64,000 bases of DNA from Flavobacteriales bacterium. Its GTDB lineage: Bacteria > Bacteroidota > Bacteroidia > Flavobacteriales_E > Vicingaceae. Each line of letters begins with the position of its first letter. Position 1 is the first letter of the stretch. Below the pieces are notes generated by a model that searched no databases, was not told where the DNA came from, and saw only the letters and a program-made list of their open reading frames with translations. The stretch covers positions 2,632 through 66,631 of the forward strand of contig JASJIW010000062.1 of the NCBI GenBank assembly GCA_037624665.1, read 5' to 3'. A program made the position numbers and the translations under genes. Shown one piece after another: positions 29,975 to 38,854 of the stretch.

Positions 29975-30014
29975 AAAAAAGCCTCTCCAGATTTAACTGA
30001 AGAGGCTTTTTTTT
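29975..30014 (-). terminator. rho-independent terminator after the PDH E2 gene
   Basis: aaaaaagcctct ... agaggctttttttt, with A/T runs on both sides. Confidence 0.7.
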
Positions 30015-30025
30015 GATTGATTTTT

Positions 30026-31603
30026 TTAAATATTCTGAGCGCCTAATAAAACAACTGGATTTTCCATAAACTTTTTAAAGTCTTTTAAGAACATAGATCC
30101 TGAAACACCGTCAACCACTCTATGATCGCATGACAATGTTACCTTCATAACATTACCTGGTAAAACTATACCGTTTTTAACTACTGGTATTTGCTTTGTT
30201 CCTCCAACTGCTAAAATACAAGCGTTTGGTGTATTAATAATTGCTGTAAAAGATTCAATGCCAAACATTCCTAAATTAGAAATAGTAAACGTACTTCCTT
30301 CCCAATCTTCAGGTTGTAATTTTTTAGCCTTAGCTCTTACTGCGTAATCTTTTACTTCAACAGAAATCTGACTTAATGTTTTACCATCTGCAAATCGTAC
30401 TACAGGTACTAATAAGCCATCCTCAACAGAAACGGCAACACCTATATTGATGTGTTCATTTCTTCTAATGGTATCTTCCTGCCATGCAGAATTGATAACT
30501 GGATGTTTTTTAAGTGCTGCCGCAACAGCTTTTATAACCATATCGTTAAAAGAAATTTTAACTGGCGCAACTTCATTGATAGATGCACGTGCTGCAATAG
30601 CCCTGTCCATATCAATATCCATTGTTAAATAAAAGTGTGGTGCAGAAAACTTACTTGCGCCTAATGAACGAGCAATTGCTTTACGCATTTGAGAAACTGG
30701 TTCTTCTGTAAAGCTTTCTACTCCAACAAAAGTTTGAGTAGCTCCACCACCATTATAATTCTCTATATCTCTTTTTATAATTCTTCCTCCATCACCGGAT
30801 CCTGTAACCATAGATAAGTTAATGTTCTTATCTGCTGCTAATTTTTTAGCCAATGGAGAAGCCATTACTCTACCATTACTTGAACTCTGTACTTTAGGTG
30901 CTGAACTTTGAGTTTTTACAACCTCAACTTTTTTAGCTACTGGCGCTGCAACTACTGCATCAACTTGAGCAGGTTCACCTTGAGCATTTGCTTTTAACAA
31001 AGTATCAATATCAGCTCCTTTCTCTCCTATTATAGCCAATACTTCATCAACTGGAGCACTTTCTCCTTCTGTTATACCAATATGCAACAAAACTCCATCT
31101 TCAAAAGATTCAAATTCCATTGTTGCTTTATCAGTTTCAATATCAGCTAATAAATCTCCTGCAGCTACATTGTCCCCAACTTTCTTATGCCATTTTGCTA
31201 CCACACCTTCAGTCATGGTATCACTTAATTTAGGCATTTTAATGATGTCAGCTTTAATTCCTGCAACATCAATAGTTGCTGGTGCAGCAGCGTTAGCCGC
31301 TGGAGCTTCTTCTTTCGTTTCAACTTCAACTGGTGCATCTTGTAACAAAGCCGAAAAATCTTCTCCCTCATCACCAAAAATTGCCAAAATGGTATCTACC
31401 GGAGATGTACCACCTTCAGGTATTCCTATATGTAATAAAGTTCCATCTACAAAAGATTCGAACTCCATGGTTGCTTTATCAGTTTCAATATCAGCTAACA
31501 AATCACCTTCGCTTACTTTATCTCCAACTTTCTTATGCCACTTTGCTACCACACCTTCAGTCATGGTATCACTTAATTTGGGCATTCTAACTATTTCAGC
31601 CAT
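30026..31603 (-). CDS. pyruvate dehydrogenase complex dihydrolipoyllysine-residue acetyltransferase (E2) with two lipoyl domains
   Basis: Two copies of MPKLSDTMTEGVVAKWHKKVGD...ETDKATMEFES, an E3-binding segment (ASPLAKKLA), and a catalytic domain with DHRVVDG. Confidence 0.93.
   Translation of the reverse strand: MAEIVRMPKLSDTMTEGVVAKWHKKVGDKVSEGDLLADIETDKATMEFESFVDGTLLHIGIPEGGTSPVDTILAIFGDEGEDFSALLQDAPVEVETKEEAPAANAAAPATIDVAGIKADIIKMPKLSDTMTEGVVAKWHKKVGDNVAAGDLLADIETDKATMEFESFEDGVLLHIGITEGESAPVDEVLAIIGEKGADIDTLLKANAQGEPAQVDAVVAAPVAKKVEVVKTQSSAPKVQSSSNGRVMASPLAKKLAADKNINLSMVTGSGDGGRIIKRDIENYNGGGATQTFVGVESFTEEPVSQMRKAIARSLGASKFSAPHFYLTMDIDMDRAIAARASINEVAPVKISFNDMVIKAVAAALKKHPVINSAWQEDTIRRNEHINIGVAVSVEDGLLVPVVRFADGKTLSQISVEVKDYAVRAKAKKLQPEDWEGSTFTISNLGMFGIESFTAIINTPNACILAVGGTKQIPVVKNGIVLPGNVMKVTLSCDHRVVDGVSGSMFLKDFKKFMENPVVLLGAQNI
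31025..31594. repeat. intragenic tandem duplication: two lipoyl-domain coding units (about 31025-31246 and 31373-31594, offset 348 nt)
   Basis: Long, nearly identical nucleotide runs, e.g. ccaactttcttatgccaYtttgctaccacaccttcagtcatggtatcacttaattt in both copies. Confidence 0.85.
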
Positions 31604-31617
31604 TCTCTTCTAGTTTA

Positions 31618-32616
31618 TTAATCTTTAATAAAAGGGTAATCTGGTTCTGCATAAATATCTTCATACATAGCTTCTGGTTTTGGAAGCGGAGAATCTTCAG
31701 CAAATTGTATTGCCTCTAAAATTTCTTGTTTCACTCCTTCATGAATTGTTTCCAATTCTTTTTCTGAAGCATATTTGTTATCCGTAATTACTTTTAAAAC
31801 CTTAGTAATAGGATCACTATTAATATATTCTACTTCTTCTTCTTTTGTTCTATACTTACGTGGATCAGACATTGAATGCCCTTTAAAACGATATGTTTCC
31901 ATCTCTAATAAGTAAGGTCCTTTTCCGGATCTACAATGTTTAGCCGCTTTAGCAATAGCTGTATGTACCGCCTCAACATCCATTCCATCAACAGCCTCAC
32001 CTGGCATCTCATAACTTGCACCAATTTTATGCAATTCAGTAACGTTAGATGTTCTTTCTACAGAAGTTCCCATCGCATACTTGTTATTCTCAATAATATA
32101 AATTACTGGTAATTTCCAAGTCATTGCCATATTAAAAGCTTCGTGTAATGCTCCCTGACGAATTGCTCCATCACCCATTGAACACATTGTAACAGCATCC
32201 GTTCCTTTAAACTTTTCTGCGAAAGCTAAACCAGCACCTAATGGAATTTGACCTCCAACAATACCGTGCCCACCAAAAATTCTTCTACTTACATCAAACA
32301 TGTGCATAGAACCTCCTTTACCTTTCGATAAACCTGTAGTTTTTCCATACAACTCTGCCATCATATATTTAATTGGAGTTCCTTTTCCTATTGGATGAGC
32401 ATGACAACGGTAAGCCGTAATCATATTATCAGCTGGCTGTGTTGCAGAAACTGCACCAGCAACAACTGCCTCTTGTCCTATATATAAATGTAAAAAGCCG
32501 CCAAACTTACGTTGAATGTATAGTTGGCTTAATTTCTCTTCGAATTTACGCATTAAGTACATCGACTTATACCAGCTCAAATATTGCTCTTTAGAAAACT
32601 TAGTCTTGTTTGCCAT
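31618..32616 (-). CDS. pdhA: pyruvate dehydrogenase E1 component alpha subunit
   Basis: GFLHLYIGQEA, SMGDGAIRQG, IENNKYAMGTS, YRFKGHSMSDP. Confidence 0.93.
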   Translation of the reverse strand: MANKTKFSKEQYLSWYKSMYLMRKFEEKLSQLYIQRKFGGFLHLYIGQEAVVAGAVSATQPADNMITAYRCHAHPIGKGTPIKYMMAELYGKTTGLSKGKGGSMHMFDVSRRIFGGHGIVGGQIPLGAGLAFAEKFKGTDAVTMCSMGDGAIRQGALHEAFNMAMTWKLPVIYIIENNKYAMGTSVERTSNVTELHKIGASYEMPGEAVDGMDVEAVHTAIAKAAKHCRSGKGPYLLEMETYRFKGHSMSDPRKYRTKEEEVEYINSDPITKVLKVITDNKYASEKELETIHEGVKQEILEAIQFAEDSPLPKPEAMYEDIYAEPDYPFIKD

Positions 32617-32670
32617 AATTTAAAAATTAACGCACAAATTTAAAATAATAAAACATTAAAATTCACCCTT

Positions 32671-33147
32671 TTACTTTAAAAACTCTCCATCAAATGCAAA
32701 AGGTAAAATATCTTTCACACTTTTGAATTTCCAAACCTTAGAGTCTCCCGACTTCATAATCAATTCAATTGGTTGATTTTGAGTTAGTTCATACTCAATT
32801 AAGACCTGTCTACATGCTCCACAAGGAGACACCGGAGAGGTAGTTGTTAATTCTGTTGTGACTACAATTTTATCAACTTTTTTATCAGGAAATTGTGATT
32901 TTGCCGAAAAAATAGCTACTCTTTCAGCACATAAGCCCGAAGGATACGCTCCATTCTCTTGATTTGCACCTTTAACTACGACTCCATTTTCCATCTGACA
33001 AACAGCGCTTACCTTAAATTTAGAATAAGGAGCATAAGCGTTTTTCAAGTTCTCATCTGCTTGAGTAATCAAGTCTCTTTCCTCACTATTCATTAGCTTT
33101 ACAGAGTCATATTCTAGGTATTCAATATTCAATGATTTTTTATTCAT
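32671..33147 (-). CDS. cdd: cytidine deaminase
   Basis: Zn motifs CAERVAIF and PCGACRQVL. Confidence 0.92.
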   Translation of the reverse strand: MNKKSLNIEYLEYDSVKLMNSEERDLITQADENLKNAYAPYSKFKVSAVCQMENGVVVKGANQENGAYPSGLCAERVAIFSAKSQFPDKKVDKIVVTTELTTTSPVSPCGACRQVLIEYELTQNQPIELIMKSGDSKVWKFKSVKDILPFAFDGEFLK

Positions 33148-33225
33148 CTAACTTTTTATTAATAGTTAATTAACACTACTTTTAAAGTTCAAACTTTTAA
33201 GTAGTCAAACATAATAAAATTAACC

Positions 33226-33987
33226 ATGATAAAGCACTTTTTTATACTTAGCGCAATTACCCTATCGTTACTTTCATGCTCAAAAGAAGAAGGTGAAGGA
33301 GGTAGATCCTCTATATCTGGAATAATTACCGGGACTGAAATTAATATTGCAAGAGCAGAGGTAACTGAAATCACAGCTGTTCCTGGCCACGAAATTAAAA
33401 GTCAAGATTTTTTTTTATTGAATACCCCTGCTCCTTCAGTTAATTATGCTATTTGGTTTAGAGATGTCTCCAACATTACTGGTGCTCCAATAATTGTTGG
33501 GAGAACACTAATTAAAATTGATTATAACAGTAGTGTAAACACCAATGTTGATATGGCTACAATTATCGAAGCTACTCTTAACGGAATTGCAGGCAGCCCA
33601 TTTACAGTTGCCAGAACAAATGATCTTATAACAATAACAAACTCTGCAGTTGGCTATGTTAATGATGCAGATAATGCAATAAGCAAATTAGTTGTTGATT
33701 TAATTACCCAAGGTAGAGATCAATTAACCTTACAAGAAGGTAATTTTGCGGATGAAGATGTTTACCTCATTTATGGTGATGCAGATGATATTTTTGATGA
33801 TAATGTTAAAACCAATTTTGACGGAACATTCAAATTTAGTAACTTAAGAAAAGGTAGCTATAGAGTATTTGCTTATAGTAAAGATGAATCTAATATTTCT
33901 ACTCCGCTTACTCCTATTTTTGAAACAATAAAAATTGGTGGTAATGAGGATGGGCAAATTGGAACAATTACGATTGAAAAAAAATGA
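33226..33987 (+). CDS. lipoprotein of unknown function (carboxypeptidase-regulatory-like strands split by an insert)
   Basis: Lipobox SLLSC. SISGIITG near the N-terminus and DGTFKFSNLRKGSYRVFAY near the C-terminus resemble the two ends of a CarboxypepD_reg fold. First gene of an overlapping 4-gene cluster. Confidence 0.55.
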   Translation: MIKHFFILSAITLSLLSCSKEEGEGGRSSISGIITGTEINIARAEVTEITAVPGHEIKSQDFFLLNTPAPSVNYAIWFRDVSNITGAPIIVGRTLIKIDYNSSVNTNVDMATIIEATLNGIAGSPFTVARTNDLITITNSAVGYVNDADNAISKLVVDLITQGRDQLTLQEGNFADEDVYLIYGDADDIFDDNVKTNFDGTFKFSNLRKGSYRVFAYSKDESNISTPLTPIFETIKIGGNEDGQIGTITIEKK

Positions 33988-34751
33988 ATCTTGAATTAGA
34001 TACTGCTTTAAATCAACTTTCGCCCATCTCGTTAAAAGAGTTGGATCGCGTAAAATTGCAGAATAGAACAGATACAAAATTTGTTTTTAATGCTGATTTA
34101 TTGCCTACTATTTTAAATGATATTTCTGAATTTTATTCAATTTTAGAAATTAAAGGTAAACGAACCAATAGTTACAAAACGCTGTACTTCGACACCAAAG
34201 ATTCAAGAAGCTACATCCAACATCATAACGGAAAAGCAAACAGAATTAAAGTGCGCTTTAGGAAATACATTGAGTCTGACCTTAATTTTTTAGAAGTTAA
34301 GTATAAAAACAATAAAGGAAGAACAATTAAAGCTAGAACAAAAACAGCTTCGATTGAAACTGAGTTGACTGATTTTTCTAAAAATTTTATTACTGATAAT
34401 TCCTATTCCTTTTATGGAGAGGAAGAAGTTATCCCTGTTTTATGGAACAGTTTTACACGCTTAACTTTAGCTCATAAAACGTTAAACGAACGCCTTACAA
34501 TTGATTTAAATTTAAGTTTTGATTCGTTTAAAACGCATACAACAAAAAATATTGACCACATTATAATTGCAGAGGTTAAACAAGAAAAAGCTTCTAATAA
34601 TTCTCATTTTATTCAGGCAATTAGAAAACATCACATCAGAGAAAGCAGTATGAGTAAGTATTGTGTCGGGACTGCTTTACTGAACAAAAACATCAAACAA
34701 AACAATTTTAAAGAACGTATTTTAAAAATAAATAAACTAAAACCATGTTAG
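33984..34751 (+). CDS. VTC domain (polyphosphate-polymerase-like / triphosphate-tunnel) protein
   Basis: NRTDTKFVF, YKTLYFDT, IKVRFRKY..LEVKYKNNKGRTIKAR, IIIAEVKQE: alternating charged beta-strand pattern of bacterial VTC (PF09359-type) proteins. ATGA overlap with the upstream gene. Confidence 0.75.
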   Translation: MNLELDTALNQLSPISLKELDRVKLQNRTDTKFVFNADLLPTILNDISEFYSILEIKGKRTNSYKTLYFDTKDSRSYIQHHNGKANRIKVRFRKYIESDLNFLEVKYKNNKGRTIKARTKTASIETELTDFSKNFITDNSYSFYGEEEVIPVLWNSFTRLTLAHKTLNERLTIDLNLSFDSFKTHTTKNIDHIIIAEVKQEKASNNSHFIQAIRKHHIRESSMSKYCVGTALLNKNIKQNNFKERILKINKLKPC

Positions 34752-35425
34752 ACGAATTACTACTAAGAATACCTATTTTAGGTTCAAAGCTAATTGACTA
34801 TGATGATTTTTTCGAAATGATTCTCCGGTTTTTAATCAACTTTTCAGTTGTTTTCGTATTGGTACGAGTAATCTACTTTCCAACACATAGACGAAAAGAT
34901 TACTTGGTTACTTTTTTCCTAATAAACATCCTCATCTTTTTTGTATGTATTGTAATGAATGATGTTAAAATGAACATGGCTTTTGCTTTTGGTTTATTTG
35001 CCATTTTCGGAATACTAAGATACCGTACAGAACAGCTCCCTATTAAGGAAATGACCTACTTATTTATGGTAATTGCAATTGCTGTACTAAACTCATTAGC
35101 AGGAAAAAAAATCAGTTTTGCTGAGTTAATGTTAGTCAATGGAAGTATTGTTGTAGCTACTTATCTTTTAGAAAAAGTGTTCTTATTAAAGCACGAATCT
35201 AGAAAATCAATTACTTACGAAAAAATAGAAAATGTAAAACCTGAAAATCACGAAGCACTTATTGCAGATTTAAGAGACAGAACTGGTTTAGATATTAATA
35301 GAGTTCAAATCGGTAGAATTGATTTTTTAAGAGATACAGTAAAACTTATCATCTTTTATTATGAAGAAGATCCTTCAAATAGCTTTAATGAAGCATCCAC
35401 TTTTGTGAGTAATAAAAATGAATAA
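34745..35425 (+). CDS. DUF4956 domain-containing membrane protein
   Basis: About five predicted TM helices including FGLFAIFGILRYRT, plus a soluble C-terminal tail. 7-nt overlap with the VTC gene. Confidence 0.7.
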   Translation: MLDELLLRIPILGSKLIDYDDFFEMILRFLINFSVVFVLVRVIYFPTHRRKDYLVTFFLINILIFFVCIVMNDVKMNMAFAFGLFAIFGILRYRTEQLPIKEMTYLFMVIAIAVLNSLAGKKISFAELMLVNGSIVVATYLLEKVFLLKHESRKSITYEKIENVKPENHEALIADLRDRTGLDINRVQIGRIDFLRDTVKLIIFYYEEDPSNSFNEASTFVSNKNE

Positions 35426-36062
35426 AGTATTGCTTTTCATAGTAATTCTATTGCCTTTTCTGGGTCATTCACAAGTTGTTAGTGATGCAAAATTATGGAC
35501 AGAAATTTCCATTGCTAAACAAGTGGATGACTTTGAATTTTCATTTTCTGAAGCTGTAAGATTTGATGAGAACATGTTTCACATTGATAAAGTGTTTTCT
35601 GAGTTTGGTGCTGCATACAAAATTGTTAAAAACGTTTACGCTGGTGTTAACTATCGCTATAGTAAAGACAATGATTACACTTCTAAAAACTATAACATTC
35701 GTCATCGTTATGATTTAACCTTAACGCTAAAACATAAACATGAAAATTTTAGATTTGCTTTTAGAACCAAGTATCAAGTGAAAAATGCAATAGCAGAAGA
35801 GAACAGTCCTACTTTTAGCAGAAACAAATTTGCTATTAAATATAAGTTAGAAAACGATTTTACACCTTATATTTCTTACGAATTTTACTACCAATTTAAC
35901 GAACAAAAAGTGATTAACCGAACTCGAATTTCACTAGGAAGTTCTTATAAAATTGATAAACAAAGTGCACTTAAATTCTTCTATTTATTTGAAAACAGGT
36001 TTAATGTCAAAACCCTTAAATACAACCACATTTACGGAATAAGCTATAGCTTTAAATTGTAA
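35418..36062 (+). CDS. DUF2490 domain-containing protein (predicted outer-membrane beta-barrel)
   Basis: Signal peptide, alternating aromatic/polar strands, terminal ...YGISYSFKL (aromatic residue near the C-terminus). 8-nt overlap with DUF4956. Confidence 0.7.
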   Translation: MNKVLLFIVILLPFLGHSQVVSDAKLWTEISIAKQVDDFEFSFSEAVRFDENMFHIDKVFSEFGAAYKIVKNVYAGVNYRYSKDNDYTSKNYNIRHRYDLTLTLKHKHENFRFAFRTKYQVKNAIAEENSPTFSRNKFAIKYKLENDFTPYISYEFYYQFNEQKVINRTRISLGSSYKIDKQSALKFFYLFENRFNVKTLKYNHIYGISYSFKL

Positions 36063-36131
36063 AATTCTTTTTATTAAACATGTATAAGCTATACGGTTTA
36101 GGTATATTTGTGCCCAAACTAACAAGTAGAG

Positions 36132-36926
36132 ATGTTTAAATTCTTATTCAGCAAAAGTTTCCTTATCAATTTGGCTGCAGCAATACTATTTGCAGGCCTT
36201 GTAATTTGGGGCATATTTAAATTTATTGATAATTACACCCTCCATGGCGAAACAATAAGTGTTCCATCTTTAGAAGGTTTACCTATTACTGAAGTAGAAG
36301 AAATTCTAACAGCAAAAAATCTTCGCTACAGTATTTTAGATTCAATTTACATAGAAGATGCCTTTGGCGGCACAGTACTTGAACAAAACCCTGCCATTGA
36401 CGATTTGGTTAAGAAAAACAGAACAATTTACATCACGGTTTCTAAAGTTATTCCTCCAAGAGTTTCTATGCCAAATGTTGTTGATATGTCATTACGACTA
36501 GCTATTGGAAAGTTAAAAAGTTATGGTTTAAAAGTAAAAACACAACAAAGACTATCGGATTGCGTTAACTGTATACTAAAGCAAGAAATTAGTGGAAAAA
36601 CTGTTGCTCCTAATGAAGAAGTAAATAAAGGATCTACAGTTATGTTAACCATTGGAATTGGAACGAGTAATGAAAGAATTATGGTGCCCTACCTTATTGG
36701 ATTAACTAAAGATGGAGCTGAAAATCAAATTATGACATCCTCTCTAAATACAGGTTTTATGGACTACGAAGGGTGTAATTGCCAGACAGGAGAAGATACT
36801 TTAAATGCTAAAGTTTATCGTCACAACCCTATTAGGAATAAAAATGTAGCCATTAACATTGGTGGTACAGTTGATTTGTATTTTACTTGTGACAGTAGTA
36901 GAATTAATATCATTTCTCCTGACTAA
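36132..36926 (+). CDS. PASTA domain-containing membrane protein
   Basis: N-terminal TM followed by repeated PASTA-like units (VPSLEGLPITEVEEIL..., MPNVVDMSLRLAIGKLKSYGL..., VPYLIGLTKDGAENQI...). Confidence 0.75.
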   Translation: MFKFLFSKSFLINLAAAILFAGLVIWGIFKFIDNYTLHGETISVPSLEGLPITEVEEILTAKNLRYSILDSIYIEDAFGGTVLEQNPAIDDLVKKNRTIYITVSKVIPPRVSMPNVVDMSLRLAIGKLKSYGLKVKTQQRLSDCVNCILKQEISGKTVAPNEEVNKGSTVMLTIGIGTSNERIMVPYLIGLTKDGAENQIMTSSLNTGFMDYEGCNCQTGEDTLNAKVYRHNPIRNKNVAINIGGTVDLYFTCDSSRINIISPD

Positions 36927-36950
36927 CTTACGAATGACACCTTAAACTAA

Positions 36951-38852
36951 TTGCTTAAAAAACTTTACATATCATTAATTGCCATTTTCATTTTTGGAAG
37001 CGCTTTTTCACAAAAAGATACGCTTTACGAATTGGGTATGAATGGTGTGCAAAATGCTTTTTACAACTCAAGCAAAAACAATCCAGATTTACCCTATTTA
37101 AACAAAAGTAGAACACATAACAAAGCATTGTTAAGCCTCCCTTTTATTGATGATTTTTCTCAAAATTATTTATACCCTAATCAAGATCTTTGGGAAGACA
37201 TAGATGTTTTTATCAACTCTAATCTCCCTATTAATCCTGTAACTTATGGAGTAGCAACTTTTGATGGTTTAGATTCTACCGGAACACCTTACAACTTTTC
37301 TCTACCGAACTCATATGGAATTGCAGATCAATTAACCTCTCAACAAGTTGATTTAACAACAATAGTTGACAGTGTATTTTTAAGCTTTTATTATCAACCA
37401 AAAGGTAATGGTAACAAACCAGAAGCTAAAGATAGTTTACGCTTAGAGTTTTTTAGGCAAAGAGATAGTACTTGGATAAGAATGTGGGGAACACCTGGCG
37501 TTCAAAATCATGCTTTTAAGAAAATAATGATTCCTGTTGACACGTCATTTCATAACAATGAATTTCAGTTTAGATTTACAAACTGGGCAACACTTTCTGG
37601 AAATGTAGACCATTGGCATGTAGATTATATTTATTTAAATGAGAATAGAAGCTATGCAGACACGACATTACATGATGTATCTTTTATTACCAACCACCAC
37701 AACATGTTAAAAGAGTTTACAGCTATGCCTTGGCAACATTATTTAACTAATCCTATTGGGCACATAGATACTGCTATGAATGTGACGTATAGAAATAATG
37801 ATAGTGTAAATAATTATTTAATCGAATATAAATATGAAATTATTGAAGATAATGGAAATGGTACTAGCATAGAATTATATCCTGCTGGATCTGCAAGTAA
37901 ACTTATTGGACCATACTCTAATCTAGTAGAACCTCAACATATTTATAGAGCTCCCTTTAATGATTTTTCTTTTCCTGCTGATTTTTCAGCTCAGAATAAA
38001 GTTTTTCAAATAAAAAATTATTTTAGTCTAATCGTTAGTGGAGGTCTTGCAGCTCAAGATGATCGAGTTAAAAATGATACCGTTTTATCTTACCAAACTT
38101 TTGGATCTTATTATGCATATGATGATGGCTCTGCCGAACAAGGATACGGAGTTCAAGGTATTGGTTCTAAATTAGCACACGAGTTTGACATTAAAAAATC
38201 GGATACTTTAACTGCTTTTCAAATCTATTTTAATCCAATACAGAACGATTTAAGTGCTCAATCCTTTAGGCTTAAAGTATGGAGTAGCTTATCTCCAGAA
38301 ACAGAAATTTATTCTCAAGTAGCAACAGCTTTTAAAAACCCTATTTATTCTAATACAAATCAATTTTTAAATTACGATTTGGATGTTCCTTTAATTTTAA
38401 GTGCTGGAATTTATTATTTTGGTTGGGAAAAGATTTCTGCTGACTACTTAAATGTTGGTTGGGATGTAAACACGAACAACAAAACTAAAGTTCATTTTAA
38501 TTCTTCTGGTATTTGGCAAACATCATCTTTTGATGGTAGTTTAATGTTACGTCCTGTTTTTGGAACTACACCAGACCCTGCAGTAAGTATTGATGAAGAA
38601 ATTTTAGAAGATGACTTTGTAGTTTACCCAAACCCAACAGCTAACACGCTCTACTTTAAAAATAACACTTCTAATAACGACTCATACCATATTCAATTAA
38701 TTGATGTATATGGAAAAGTTATCATAGAAACTAAATCTGAAATTTCTAACAAAATTGATGTCACCAATATTACAGGCGGAATGTATATTGTCCGTTTAAC
38801 CAATAACAACACAGACAAAACTGCTCTTAAAAAATTAATTATATCTAAATAA
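36951..38852 (+). CDS. secreted protein of unknown function with T9SS type A C-terminal sorting domain
   Basis: TTG start, signal peptide. C-terminus VVYPNPTANTLYF...IDVTNITGGMYIVRLTN...KLIISK is typical of a Por/T9SS CTD. Confidence 0.75.
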   Translation: MLKKLYISLIAIFIFGSAFSQKDTLYELGMNGVQNAFYNSSKNNPDLPYLNKSRTHNKALLSLPFIDDFSQNYLYPNQDLWEDIDVFINSNLPINPVTYGVATFDGLDSTGTPYNFSLPNSYGIADQLTSQQVDLTTIVDSVFLSFYYQPKGNGNKPEAKDSLRLEFFRQRDSTWIRMWGTPGVQNHAFKKIMIPVDTSFHNNEFQFRFTNWATLSGNVDHWHVDYIYLNENRSYADTTLHDVSFITNHHNMLKEFTAMPWQHYLTNPIGHIDTAMNVTYRNNDSVNNYLIEYKYEIIEDNGNGTSIELYPAGSASKLIGPYSNLVEPQHIYRAPFNDFSFPADFSAQNKVFQIKNYFSLIVSGGLAAQDDRVKNDTVLSYQTFGSYYAYDDGSAEQGYGVQGIGSKLAHEFDIKKSDTLTAFQIYFNPIQNDLSAQSFRLKVWSSLSPETEIYSQVATAFKNPIYSNTNQFLNYDLDVPLILSAGIYYFGWEKISADYLNVGWDVNTNNKTKVHFNSSGIWQTSSFDGSLMLRPVFGTTPDPAVSIDEEILEDDFVVYPNPTANTLYFKNNTSNNDSYHIQLIDVYGKVIIETKSEISNKIDVTNITGGMYIVRLTNNNTDKTALKKLIISK

Positions 38853-38854
38853 CA

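Noticed and set aside
31170-31613. 147-aa and 85-aa plus-strand ORFs inside the E2 gene
   Set aside because: They are artefacts of the duplicated lipoyl-domain coding sequence read on the opposite strand; the repeated peptide segments mirror the duplication.
33189-33374. 61-aa minus-strand ORF (also 33844-34077)
   Set aside because: It is antisense to the lipoprotein and VTC genes of the overlapping four-gene cluster.
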